From an uncultured Clostridium sp. (GTDB lineage: Bacteria > Bacillota_I > Bacilli_A > RF39 > UBA660), in the NCBI GenBank assembly GCA_964649575.1, contig CAZYRI010000003.1:1-56383 (forward strand): a stretch of DNA of 56,383 nucleotides, given 5' to 3'. The translations under genes were made by a program, and so were the position numbers. This document shows, one piece after another, positions 16,462 to 26,221 of the stretch; the first letter of the stretch is position 1, and every line of letters begins with the position of its first letter. The notes beneath the pieces were generated by a model that saw only the letters and a list, made by a program, of their open reading frames with translations, did not search any database and was not told the DNA's origin.

Positions 16462-18101
16462 GAAAGCTTAAAAAGAATACTTTTATTCAGGGAACTCTTA
16501 TTACATCTATAATTTTAATAATTATAAAAATATTAGGTGCATTATATGTAATACCTTTTTATGACATTATAGGTACTAATGGTGGAACTTTATATAGTTA
16601 TGCATATAATATATACAATTTATTTTTAAATATATCTACTGCTGGTATTCCTATTGCTATATCAATGATAATAAGTGAATATTTAACTCTTAATATGTAT
16701 GATGCAAAAGAAAGAGCATATAAAATAGGTAAAAAAATGATAGGAATTCTTGCTATTGTATCTTTTTTAGTAGTTTTTTTAGGAGCAGATGTAATAGCTA
16801 AATTTATTATAAGTGATATATCAGGTGGTAACTCTATTCATGATATTGCTACTGTTATAAGAGCTGTTTCATTTTGTTTAATAATAATACCTTTTTTAAG
16901 TGTATTAAGAGGTTATATGCAAGGACATAAGTTTATTACTCCAACTTCATATTCTCAATTAATTGAACAAGTAGTTAGAATTGTTGTTGTACTTTTAGGA
17001 TCTTATATGGCAATAAGTGTACTTAATAAAGGAATAACTAATGGAGTAAGTGTTGCATTACTTGGAGCTTTTTTTGGAGGTTTATTTGCATATTTATATT
17101 TAATAATTAAGGTTAAGAAAAATAAGAATGAGTTTCCAATTTCAAAAAAGAAAGATGCTGTTAGTGATTCTGTTATAGCAAAAAAAATACTTAAATATTG
17201 TATACCTCTTATAATGATATCTATTGTTGATAATTTATATACAATAGTTGATGTTAAACTTATTATAAAAGGATTACATATGGTTGGTTATACAGCTATG
17301 GAAAGTGAAATGATGTCTTCGTTAGTATCAACATGGGCACCTAAAATATGTACTGTTATTATAGCTATTGCTATTTCACTTACAACAAATATAATTCCAC
17401 ATGTTACTTCAAGTTTTATTAAAAAAGATATGAATGAAGTTAATAGAAGATTTAATCAAGCAATAAGTACAATGTTAGTTATCACGGTTCCTATGGCATT
17501 AATGTTAGTTATGTTATCAAATGAAAGTTATACATTATTCTATGGAGAAAGTGCATTTGGATCAACTGTACTTAAAGTATCAGCAATAAGTCATATATTT
17601 TTTGGAGTGTGGAGTGTTATAAATACTTGTCTTCAAAGTATGAGAAAATTTAAAGTTGTTTATATTAATTCTATTGCTGGGTTAGTTGCCAATGCTATTT
17701 TAGATATTCCACTTATATTATTATTTAATAAAGTTGGTCTTCCATCATATACAGCAACTATTGTATCAACTATAATAGGTTATACTATTTCAATAACAAT
17801 AGCATTAATATATTTAAAGAAAGAAATGAAATTTACATATAAGCCAACAATAAGTTTATTAAAGAAATTATTATTACCTTGTATATGTATAATTATTCCA
17901 ATAACAATATCAAAAATATTTATTACATTTGAATATACAAGATTTACTTCATTTATTTCGCTTGGTATTCATGGAGTGATAGGTGTAATAATTTATTTAG
18001 TTATTTCATATAAAAACGGAGCTATTAATGATACAATAGGTAATTCATTTATTGATAATATTTTAATAAAATTACATGTTAAAACTAAGAAAAATAATTA
18101 A
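16458..18101 (+). CDS. MurJ/YtgP-like MOP-family lipid-linked precursor flippase
   Basis: IKILGALYVIPF, STAGIPIAIS, LRGYMQG, SQLIEQVVRI; polytopic; ATGA overlap. Confidence 0.85.
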   Translation: MRKLKKNTFIQGTLITSIILIIIKILGALYVIPFYDIIGTNGGTLYSYAYNIYNLFLNISTAGIPIAISMIISEYLTLNMYDAKERAYKIGKKMIGILAIVSFLVVFLGADVIAKFIISDISGGNSIHDIATVIRAVSFCLIIIPFLSVLRGYMQGHKFITPTSYSQLIEQVVRIVVVLLGSYMAISVLNKGITNGVSVALLGAFFGGLFAYLYLIIKVKKNKNEFPISKKKDAVSDSVIAKKILKYCIPLIMISIVDNLYTIVDVKLIIKGLHMVGYTAMESEMMSSLVSTWAPKICTVIIAIAISLTTNIIPHVTSSFIKKDMNEVNRRFNQAISTMLVITVPMALMLVMLSNESYTLFYGESAFGSTVLKVSAISHIFFGVWSVINTCLQSMRKFKVVYINSIAGLVANAILDIPLILLFNKVGLPSYTATIVSTIIGYTISITIALIYLKKEMKFTYKPTISLLKKLLLPCICIIIPITISKIFITFEYTRFTSFISLGIHGVIGVIIYLVISYKNGAINDTIGNSFIDNILIKLHVKTKKNN

Positions 18102-18156
18102 TTCTTAGTTTTTTATTTATTTAAAATATGATATTATTGATAATAGAGGTGACTAT

Positions 18157-19275
18157 ATGAATAAGAAAGGACTTACATTAATGATGATAATAGTAATTAT
18201 TACAATATTATTATCAATGATTATACCTAAAGTGATTAATCAAGTTAAAAAAGATACAATTTCAACTGAAGAAAAACATGATAAAAATGATAATATTTTA
18301 CCAGAGATAATTTATTGTACATTTGATGGTGATATGGTACAAGGTGCTGAATATGTTAATGGGCAATATACTTATAGTTATATGCAAGAAGGTGTTTTTT
18401 TTGATTATTTAGGACTTACTTGGGCTGATATTGATGTTGATGGTTGGGGAGTACAACTAACTGATAAAAATAGTAAAGAGCCTGTAACAAGTAAATTATG
18501 TACATATATAAATGGTAAGCCTGTTGTTTCTATGGCTTATATGTTTGAGGATAGTCAAGCAACGGAATTAGATTTAAGTAGTTTTAATACGAGTAATGTT
18601 ATTAGTATGAATAGTATGTTTTGGGAATCACAAGCAACGACTCTAGATTTAAGCAGTTTCGATACTAGTAATGTTAAAAATATGTATGGAATGTTTTATG
18701 GAAGTAAAGTAAAAATGCTTGATTTAAAAGGATTTAATACAAGTAATGTTTATGATATGGGACTTATGTTTGCAAACTCTGTATTAACAGAATTAGATTT
18801 AAGCAGTTTTAATACTAGTAATGTAACTAATATGTATGCGATGTTTCAGACTTCTGAAATTAAAACATTGGATTTAAGCAGTTTTGATACACACAATGTT
18901 ACTGATATGAGATCTATGTTTGAAGATAGTAAAATGACTATGATAGATGTAAGCAGTTTTAACACAAGTAATGTAACAAGTATGTGGGCAATGTTTATGA
19001 ATGGTAATGTAACAATATTAGATTTAAGCAGTTTTGATACTAGTAATGTCACAAATATGTATGGAATGTTTCATTCTACTAATTTAAAAACAATATATGC
19101 AAGTGATAAATTTAATACTGACATGGTTACTAATAGTAAAAATATGTTTTATAAATGTTCTAAATTAATTGGTGGTTCTGGTACAGTATATAATTCAAAC
19201 TATATAGATAAAACATATGCTAGAATAGATGGTGGAGTTAGTAGTCCTGGATATTTTACAAAAAAACAGTTGTAA
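18157..19275 (+). CDS. surface protein: degenerate prepilin-like N-terminus plus DUF285 repeats
   Basis: MNKKGLTLMM...NQVKKDTISTEEK resembles the pilin N-termini; the remainder is paralogous to the C-terminal part of 10569..12083. Confidence 0.8.
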   Translation: MNKKGLTLMMIIVIITILLSMIIPKVINQVKKDTISTEEKHDKNDNILPEIIYCTFDGDMVQGAEYVNGQYTYSYMQEGVFFDYLGLTWADIDVDGWGVQLTDKNSKEPVTSKLCTYINGKPVVSMAYMFEDSQATELDLSSFNTSNVISMNSMFWESQATTLDLSSFDTSNVKNMYGMFYGSKVKMLDLKGFNTSNVYDMGLMFANSVLTELDLSSFNTSNVTNMYAMFQTSEIKTLDLSSFDTHNVTDMRSMFEDSKMTMIDVSSFNTSNVTSMWAMFMNGNVTILDLSSFDTSNVTNMYGMFHSTNLKTIYASDKFNTDMVTNSKNMFYKCSKLIGGSGTVYNSNYIDKTYARIDGGVSSPGYFTKKQL

Positions 19276-19282
19276 TATGAAT

Positions 19283-19310
19283 AAGTTTAACAAATGTTAA
19301 ACTTTTCTTT
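19283..19310 (+). terminator. intrinsic terminator
   Basis: AAGTTTAACA-AA-TGTTAAACTT plus T-rich tail. Confidence 0.65.
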
Positions 19311-19353
19311 ATTTAGAATTAAAAATATAGTAAAATAATTAAAGGGTGAAGAT

Positions 19354-21927
19354 ATGAAGAAAAGAGCAATATTAATAGATGGTAATAATTTATTATTTAG
19401 AAGTTATTATGCAACTGCTTATAATGGAAATTTAATGAAGAATAGTAAAGGTTTTCCTACTAATGCTTTATTTGGTTTTGTTAATATGTTAAATAAAATT
19501 ATTAATGAAGAAAAACCAGAATATATAATGGTAGCTTTTGATAAAGGCCATAATTTTAGAAAAGATTTATGTGATACATATAAAGATGGTAGAATTGAAA
19601 CACCTCATGATTTAAAAGTTCAATTTCCTGAAGCTAAAAATATATGTACTCTTCTTGGCATAAAATATATAGAATGTGATAATTATGAAGCTGATGATAT
19701 AATCGGAACATTTGCTAGAATGGCTGATGAAGATAAAGATTATAATGCTACTATTATAAGTAGTGATAAAGATTTATTACAATTAATAAGTGATGAGGTA
19801 GATGTTAAGTTATTAAAACAAAAAGATTATATTTTGATGAATGAAAAAACATTTTTTGATTATTATGGTATTAAGCCTATTAGAATGATTGATTTAAAAG
19901 CACTTATGGGTGATGCTAGTGATAATATTCCTGGTGTTAAAGGTATAGGCGAGAAAACTGCTTTATCATTATTAACTAAGTATGATACTCTTGATAATTT
20001 ATATAATCATTTAGATGAACTTACTCCTAAAACAAGGGAAAAACTAGAAAATGATAAGGAAAGTGCTTATTTTTCATATAAACTTGCTACTATATATAAA
20101 ACTATTGATTTTGAATATACTTTTGAAAGTATAAAATATAATAAACCTGATATAACTGGTCTTATTAAGAAATATAAGGAACTTGAATTTAATTCATTTT
20201 TAAAAAATATAAATATTAATAATGAAGAAGTTAAAGATGGAATTAAATATGAAATAGTTAAATCTAAAATAAATATAGAAGGTATTAAGAGTTTATATAT
20301 AGAACTTGATGATACTAATTATCATAAAGCTAATTTTATAGCTGCTGCTATATATGATGGTAAGACTGCATATTATTTTGATTTACCAAGTTTATTATTA
20401 AATAGTGATTTGTTAAGGGATATTACTGTTACTTTTGATAATAAAAAGAATATAGTGTTTTTGAATAAATATAATATTAATATAAATGATCCATTTGATA
20501 TATTTATAGCTTCATATTTACTTGAATATAATGTTAAAGATGATTTAGCTTATTTAGCAGCAACTTTTAATAGAAATATTGCTTATTATGATCAAATTAT
20601 AAGTAAGAGAAATAAATTATCAGAAGATGCTATTATTAATTCAATTGTGTCAAAGGCGATATTTATATATGACACTTATAAGGAGTTTGAAGATAATCTT
20701 GTTAAAGAGGGCTTAGATGATTTATATAAAGATATAGAGAGTCCACTTATAAGAGTTCTTGCTAATATGGAGATAAATGGTATTACTGTTAAAACAGATG
20801 TTATAGATAAGTTAAAAGTTGAGTTAAATGATAAAATTAAATTTTTAGAAAACAAGATATATGAAGAAGCAGGAGAATCATTTAATATAGGTAGTCATAA
20901 ACAATTAGGTGAAATACTTTATAATAAACTTATGTTACCAAAAGGTAAAGGTAAAAGTGCTATGTCTACTGCTCATGATGTTCTTATTAAGTATAGACAT
21001 TTAAATCCAATTATAGATGATATATTAAATTATAGAGTTTTAACTAAACTAGTTTCTACATATTTAGATACTTTTAATACTTATATTATGGATGATGGTA
21101 AAATACATACTATATATAAGCAAACTGGTACTAGAACTGGAAGGCTTTCTAGTGTTGAACCTAATTTACAAAATATACCTATTAGAAGTGAAGAAGGTAA
21201 ACAAATAAGAAAGGCATTTATACCAAGTGATAATTCATATTTATTATCTAGTGATTACTCACAAATTGAACTTAGGGTTCTTGCTCATATAAGTGATTCT
21301 AAGAGTTTAAAAGAAGCATTTATAAATGGAGAAGATATACATACTCATGTTGCTAGTGATATATTTGATATTCCAGAGAGTGAAGTCACAAAAAATATGA
21401 GAAGAACTGCTAAGGCTGTAATATTTGGTATTGTTTATGGTATTAGTGGATACGGTCTTTCTGAAAACTTAGATATTAGTCCTAATGAAGCAAAAAAATA
21501 TATTGAAAAATATTTAACTTTATATCCAGAAGTAAACGATTATATGACTGAGATTGTTAAGAGAGCAAAAGAAACTTCTTCTGTTAGAACTTTATTTAAT
21601 AGGAAAAGAACTATTGATGAACTTAATAATACTAATTATATGATAAGACAAATGGGAGAAAGAATAGCTCTTAATACTCCAATTCAAGGTACTGCTGCTG
21701 ATATATTGAAGCTTGCTATGATTAAAATAGATGAAAGATTAAAAGAAGATAATCTTAAAACTAAGATGTTACTTCAAGTACATGATGAACTTATATTTGA
21801 TGTGCCTGATGTGGAACTTGAAAAAGTAAAAGGTATTGTAAAAGAAATAATGGAAAATACATATAAATTATCTGTACCATTAAAAGTTGAAATTGATTAT
21901 GGTAGAGACTGGTATGAAGCAAAATAA
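19354..21927 (+). CDS. polA: DNA polymerase I
   Basis: 5'-3' exonuclease LIDGNNL, YEADD, GDASDNIPGV; polymerase TGRLSS..PNLQNIP, DYSQIELR, QVHDEL. Confidence 0.97.
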   Translation: MKKRAILIDGNNLLFRSYYATAYNGNLMKNSKGFPTNALFGFVNMLNKIINEEKPEYIMVAFDKGHNFRKDLCDTYKDGRIETPHDLKVQFPEAKNICTLLGIKYIECDNYEADDIIGTFARMADEDKDYNATIISSDKDLLQLISDEVDVKLLKQKDYILMNEKTFFDYYGIKPIRMIDLKALMGDASDNIPGVKGIGEKTALSLLTKYDTLDNLYNHLDELTPKTREKLENDKESAYFSYKLATIYKTIDFEYTFESIKYNKPDITGLIKKYKELEFNSFLKNININNEEVKDGIKYEIVKSKINIEGIKSLYIELDDTNYHKANFIAAAIYDGKTAYYFDLPSLLLNSDLLRDITVTFDNKKNIVFLNKYNININDPFDIFIASYLLEYNVKDDLAYLAATFNRNIAYYDQIISKRNKLSEDAIINSIVSKAIFIYDTYKEFEDNLVKEGLDDLYKDIESPLIRVLANMEINGITVKTDVIDKLKVELNDKIKFLENKIYEEAGESFNIGSHKQLGEILYNKLMLPKGKGKSAMSTAHDVLIKYRHLNPIIDDILNYRVLTKLVSTYLDTFNTYIMDDGKIHTIYKQTGTRTGRLSSVEPNLQNIPIRSEEGKQIRKAFIPSDNSYLLSSDYSQIELRVLAHISDSKSLKEAFINGEDIHTHVASDIFDIPESEVTKNMRRTAKAVIFGIVYGISGYGLSENLDISPNEAKKYIEKYLTLYPEVNDYMTEIVKRAKETSSVRTLFNRKRTIDELNNTNYMIRQMGERIALNTPIQGTAADILKLAMIKIDERLKEDNLKTKMLLQVHDELIFDVPDVELEKVKGIVKEIMENTYKLSVPLKVEIDYGRDWYEAK

Positions 21928-21954
21928 AAATCAGGAATATTAATCCTGATTTTC
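21926..21954. terminator. probable bidirectional terminator between polA and tmcAL
   Basis: AAAAATCAGGA-ATATTAA-TCCTGATTTT between convergent genes. Confidence 0.6.
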
Positions 21955-23088
21955 TTTTATATAAACTGGTATATTTTGTATTTCTTTTTTAGATATATCT
22001 TCATATATAAATGAATAAAGTTCTGTTATTCTTTTTTCTATTTTAAGAGTGTTATATTTAGTATTATATTTATTTAAAATAGGTAAGTTTATTTCATTTT
22101 TAATTTCATTTAAATAATTTTTGCCTTTTTCTGTAAAACCGAGTATTCTTATGTATTCTAGATATTTTACTTTTTTATTCTCTTCTTTTGTAAATGAACA
22201 GAATATATGATTTAACATTCTAGATATTTTATTATATGTATATCTTTTAGTTTTAATATTTTTAATAAGCTCATCAAGTGAGTTTGATTTATTTATAACT
22301 TTTTTAATTCTTGTACTTAATCCTTCATCTACATCTACATATTTTTCTAAATTATCTTCTGTTAATATCTTATATTTTAGATATTCAAAGTATTTACTTT
22401 CCATTTTTTTATCTTTTAAAAGTTCATATACATTATTTGGAACTTTGTCTTTAATATCTTTTTTTTCTAAAAGTCTTGTTCTTATATTTGATGCAGATAC
22501 TACTTTTGCTGTTGAATCTAGGTCATGGTAACTACTTGTTCTTTTAATATTATATATATCCATAAAGTATCCATTTCTATATATTTCTTTTAAATAACTA
22601 AGGGCAAGTAAGTCATTTGGTTCAGTTATTGTAATACCACATAATTCTTCAAGTGCTTTATTAAGTGCGGTAGGGTAACTAACTCCTTCATTTAAATATT
22701 TTTTGGTTATTATATCAAAATTTATATCATTAACTTGATATTTGGCGGCTTCTTTTATTTTATCTATGTTTTCTGTTTCACTACCAAAGCAAAGAATATC
22801 TATATATAATTTATTTAGTAGAGCTACAGAATATCTAGCGAAAATATCACTACTTTGACTTGCATATACATATGGAAGTTCTATTACAATATCAACTCCA
22901 TTTTCAAGTGCAACTTTTGTTTTATCCCATTTATTTAATACTGATAGTTCCCCGCGTTGTGTGAATGTTCCGCTTAAACAAACAATAATTATAGAATCTT
23001 TATATTTCTTTTTAATTTTATTTATTTGATATAAATGTCCATTATGAAATGGATTATATTCGCATATTATTCCTACTACTTTTCTCAT
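21940..23088 (-). CDS. tmcAL: tRNA(Met) cytidine acetate ligase (YlbM family)
   Basis: GIICEYNPFHNGHLY, FTQRGE, FGSE, PNDLLA, SASNIR, KTKRYT. Confidence 0.9.
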   Translation of the reverse strand: MRKVVGIICEYNPFHNGHLYQINKIKKKYKDSIIIVCLSGTFTQRGELSVLNKWDKTKVALENGVDIVIELPYVYASQSSDIFARYSVALLNKLYIDILCFGSETENIDKIKEAAKYQVNDINFDIITKKYLNEGVSYPTALNKALEELCGITITEPNDLLALSYLKEIYRNGYFMDIYNIKRTSSYHDLDSTAKVVSASNIRTRLLEKKDIKDKVPNNVYELLKDKKMESKYFEYLKYKILTEDNLEKYVDVDEGLSTRIKKVINKSNSLDELIKNIKTKRYTYNKISRMLNHIFCSFTKEENKKVKYLEYIRILGFTEKGKNYLNEIKNEINLPILNKYNTKYNTLKIEKRITELYSFIYEDISKKEIQNIPVYIKENQD

Positions 23089-23090
23089 TT

Positions 23091-23786
23091 TTACTGCCTA
23101 TCTATACTCCTTACTAGTTTTCTAACAGATGGAACTTTTTTGATGCTTGGTTTATATAATGCTGGGTTTGAATTATGCATTCTATATCCATTATATCTTG
23201 TAAGCATATTTACATCAAAGAAATCATTACCAACTGTATATGTATCATCATCGTGTATACCTTCTTTTGATATTATTATATCTATACCATCTGTTTTATC
23301 TATAGATTCATTAAATATTAATATATGAAAGAATGGGGTAGAACATAAATAATTTAGTTCTTCTTTTATTTCTTCTAATCTTTCTATATTATTACTATCT
23401 ATTATACAAATTATATCATATACCTTATCTAAATCAGTTGTTATATTTCCATAATAATCTTTAAAAATTATTGATTTAAATATTTTTCTTTTATTAATAT
23501 ATTTTATAGTTTTAAGTATTACACTATTTAATGTTGGATGAAGAAATATTATATTGTCATTTTCATCATATACAATACCACCATTATTACATATTAAATA
23601 ATTATAGGGTATATTATATTTTTGTATTTGACCTTTAAGTGAAATAAAATTTCTTGCAGATGCTAGAGCAAATATATTTCCATTACTCATAAAGTCTTTT
23701 ACTGAATCAATATTTTCACTTATTTTTACTAATTTACTATTTTTATTAAAAGTTCCATCATAATCGCTTATTAGTAATTTTTTCAC
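23091..23786 (-). CDS. HAD-superfamily hydrolase (IIB/Cof-like)
   Basis: SDYDGT, ASAR, ICNNGG, DK, VGND..DVNM. Confidence 0.8.
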   Translation of the reverse strand: MKKLLISDYDGTFNKNSKLVKISENIDSVKDFMSNGNIFALASARNFISLKGQIQKYNIPYNYLICNNGGIVYDENDNIIFLHPTLNSVILKTIKYINKRKIFKSIIFKDYYGNITTDLDKVYDIICIIDSNNIERLEEIKEELNYLCSTPFFHILIFNESIDKTDGIDIIISKEGIHDDDTYTVGNDFFDVNMLTRYNGYRMHNSNPALYKPSIKKVPSVRKLVRSIDRQ

Positions 23787-23961
23787 TTTATATTATCCCC
23801 ACCTGTTTTCTTTATAAAATAATATGACAATTATATCAAAAAAGTACTCTTTATTCAATTTTTATTATAAAATACTTAAATTCTCTTGATATTTTTCTTA
23901 TTTTATGAGAAAATACATAAGCGAATGAAAAATTATAGCATTATATAAGGGAGGAATAAAA

Positions 23962-24177
23962 ATGAAATTAGATATTACTTTATTCGGGGCTTTGCCTTTT
24001 AGAAGAATTAGTAAAACTGCTAAAAGACAAAGAAGAACTCATTTAAAGAAAACAGCTCCTACTGTTGCAACATGTAGTAATTGTGGAGCAGCATTAGCAC
24101 CTCATAGAGCATGCACTAAGTGTGGATACTATAAAGGAAAAGAAGTTATTAAAGTTCAAAAAGAAGAAACAAAGTAG
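23962..24177 (+). CDS. rpmF: 50S ribosomal protein L32 with N-terminal extension
   Basis: PFRRISKTAKRQRRTH, CSNCG, PHRACTKCGYYKGKEV; strong SD GGGAGG before ATG 23962. Confidence 0.95.
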   Translation: MKLDITLFGALPFRRISKTAKRQRRTHLKKTAPTVATCSNCGAALAPHRACTKCGYYKGKEVIKVQKEETK

Positions 24178-24271
24178 TCAATTTAAAGATTGACTTTTTT
24201 GTTGGTTAAAATTAGATTTTTATATTGAAAATGAAAATAATAAATTGTATAATTAAATAGTAGGAGGCTAG

Positions 24272-24772
24272 ATGAAAAGTGATGTTATAGAAGCTGTTAT
24301 TGAAATACCTTATAGAAGTCGAAATAAGTTTGAAATTAAAGATGGTAAAGTTAAACTTGATAGAGTTTTATATAGTGCTATGGGTTATCCTGCTGAGTAT
24401 GGTTTTATAGATGAAACATTGGCAAATGATGGTGATCCTCTTGATATTCTTGTTATTGGAACAGAGCCAACTTATCCAGGCTGTATTATTCCTGCAAGAG
24501 TAATAGGGGTACTAAAAATAATTGATAATGGTTTTGAAGATTATAAAATTATATCAGTTGTGGATGTTGATCCAAGATATGATGAAATTAAGGAACTTAG
24601 TGATTTATCTGGATTTATATTGGATGAAATAAGAAATTTTTTTGAAAATTATAAAGTTCTTCAAAAAATAAATGTTCAAGTTGAAAAATATTATCCTAAG
24701 AATAAAGCTTTAAAAATTATAGAACAATCTAAAAAGAATTATTTAAATAGTATTAAAGGAAGGAATGATTAA
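24272..24772 (+). CDS. ppa: family I inorganic pyrophosphatase
   Basis: IEIP..SRNKFE, YGFI..TL..DGDPLD, DYKII, FFENYK. Confidence 0.93.
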   Translation: MKSDVIEAVIEIPYRSRNKFEIKDGKVKLDRVLYSAMGYPAEYGFIDETLANDGDPLDILVIGTEPTYPGCIIPARVIGVLKIIDNGFEDYKIISVVDVDPRYDEIKELSDLSGFILDEIRNFFENYKVLQKINVQVEKYYPKNKALKIIEQSKKNYLNSIKGRND

Positions 24773-24773
24773 A

Positions 24774-25721
24774 ATGAATAAAAAAGGATTTACATTAGTT
24801 GAGTTACTCGCAGTAATAGCAATATTAGCTTTACTTGTTACTACTGTTAGTATAGCCGTTGTTAAACTTTATAATGAAAATGTTAATAAAACAATGATAG
24901 TTCAAAATAATAAGATTAAGGAGGCAGCTAGTATATATTTAAATGATCAATGTCTATTACCGCTTGCTGATGCTGATTGTCCTAAAACTTATACTGAAGG
25001 GCAATATATATGTTTAGAGGATTTAACTGTTAAAGAAAATTACTTATCTGAAGTAACATATAAAAATGATAAATGTAGTGGTGTAATTGTTTTTGAAGAA
25101 AATTCAGATGGAGATAAAGTAGAACCTGTTTCATATTTATTCTGTGGATATAATAGTTCAAAAAAAACATATAATTATGCAACTAATCCATTATTAGATT
25201 TAACTAAATATTCAGAATGTAATATTGAAAATAATGCTTCATCTGGTGGTAGTACTACAACAACTACAAATAAAACAACTACAACTACGACGACAACTAC
25301 TACCAGTAGTACTACAACTACAACAACATCTGGAACTAATAGTACTGTAACAACAACAATGAAAACAACTACAACAACTAAGAAAGCAGATACAGGTGGT
25401 GCTGGAGATGTAACAGCACCAGTTATACCTAATAATTGTACTGTTAAAGGTAAAAATAGTAATTATTATTTAGCATATTGTGTTGTTGGTACTGTTGGTA
25501 CTGGAGATAGCAAGGAAACAACTATTGGTACTTGTAATAAAACTTCTTATTGTGTATATGATTCGAGTGCTCATGCTGAAGAATTTAAGCTTTATTATAA
25601 TAATAATGGAACTTGGGTAAGTTATGATTTAGAAACTGCTGTTTCTAATAATATTATTACTGTTTGTGAATTAGTTGATCTTGGTTATAGTATTGTTTGT
25701 AAAAATACAGCTGCATACTAG
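24774..25721 (+). CDS. type IV prepilin-like protein with Thr-rich linker and Cys-containing domains
   Basis: KKG/FTLVELLAVIAILALL; poly-Thr tract; multiple Cys on both sides of the tract. Confidence 0.85.
   Translation: MNKKGFTLVELLAVIAILALLVTTVSIAVVKLYNENVNKTMIVQNNKIKEAASIYLNDQCLLPLADADCPKTYTEGQYICLEDLTVKENYLSEVTYKNDKCSGVIVFEENSDGDKVEPVSYLFCGYNSSKKTYNYATNPLLDLTKYSECNIENNASSGGSTTTTTNKTTTTTTTTTTSSTTTTTTSGTNSTVTTTMKTTTTTKKADTGGAGDVTAPVIPNNCTVKGKNSNYYLAYCVVGTVGTGDSKETTIGTCNKTSYCVYDSSAHAEEFKLYYNNNGTWVSYDLETAVSNNIITVCELVDLGYSIVCKNTAAY
25251..25380 (+). repeat. low-complexity ACN (Thr) codon tract
   Basis: runs of ACA/ACT/ACG codons encoding STTTTTNKTTTTTTTTTTSSTTTTTT. Confidence 0.85.
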
Positions 25722-25730
25722 TTAATTTAT

Positions 25731-25760
25731 AGATATTAAGAAATTAATATCTTTTATTTT
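25731..25760 (+). terminator. intrinsic terminator
   Basis: AGATATTAA-GAAA-TTAATATCT plus T-rich tail. Confidence 0.7.
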
Positions 25761-25795
25761 GTAATAAATTATATTATAATTAAATGGGTGATAAT

Positions 25796-26218
25796 ATGAG
25801 TAAAGGTGAGATATATAAAATAGGGAAGAATAATAAGTATGAAATTAATAAGAAGGATGATTTTATATCTTTTTGTGTAGGTATACTTGTTTATGCTGCT
25901 GTTCTTATGATAGCTAATAGTTTATTTAAAGGGATTGATGTTGAAAACTTCTTTTATGCTATTATAGCTGCTTTAATATTGAGTGGGCTTAATTATACTA
26001 TTAAACCTATATTAATTTATTGGACTTTACCACTTAGTATTATGTCTTTTGGTATAGCATATCCAATAGTTAATATGATTATATTAAAATTATGTGACAT
26101 AATTATGGGTAGTTCTTTTAATATATATGGTTTCTTTGCTACTTTTGTAATAGCAATATTTATAAGTGTACTTAAAATAATATTAGATAATATAATAACT
26201 AAGAATATAGGGAGATAG
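25796..26218 (+). CDS. YvlD-like 4-TM membrane protein (phage holin superfamily IV)
   Basis: AALILSGLNYTIKPIL..WTLPLSIMSFG...VN; upstream of lgt as in Bacilli. Confidence 0.75.
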   Translation: MSKGEIYKIGKNNKYEINKKDDFISFCVGILVYAAVLMIANSLFKGIDVENFFYAIIAALILSGLNYTIKPILIYWTLPLSIMSFGIAYPIVNMIILKLCDIIMGSSFNIYGFFATFVIAIFISVLKIILDNIITKNIGR

Positions 26219-26221
26219 ATT

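Noticed and set aside
25796-26218. Holin-family gene as prophage evidence
   Set aside because: YvlD-like genes are chromosomal neighbours of lgt in Bacilli, and no phage genes are nearby.
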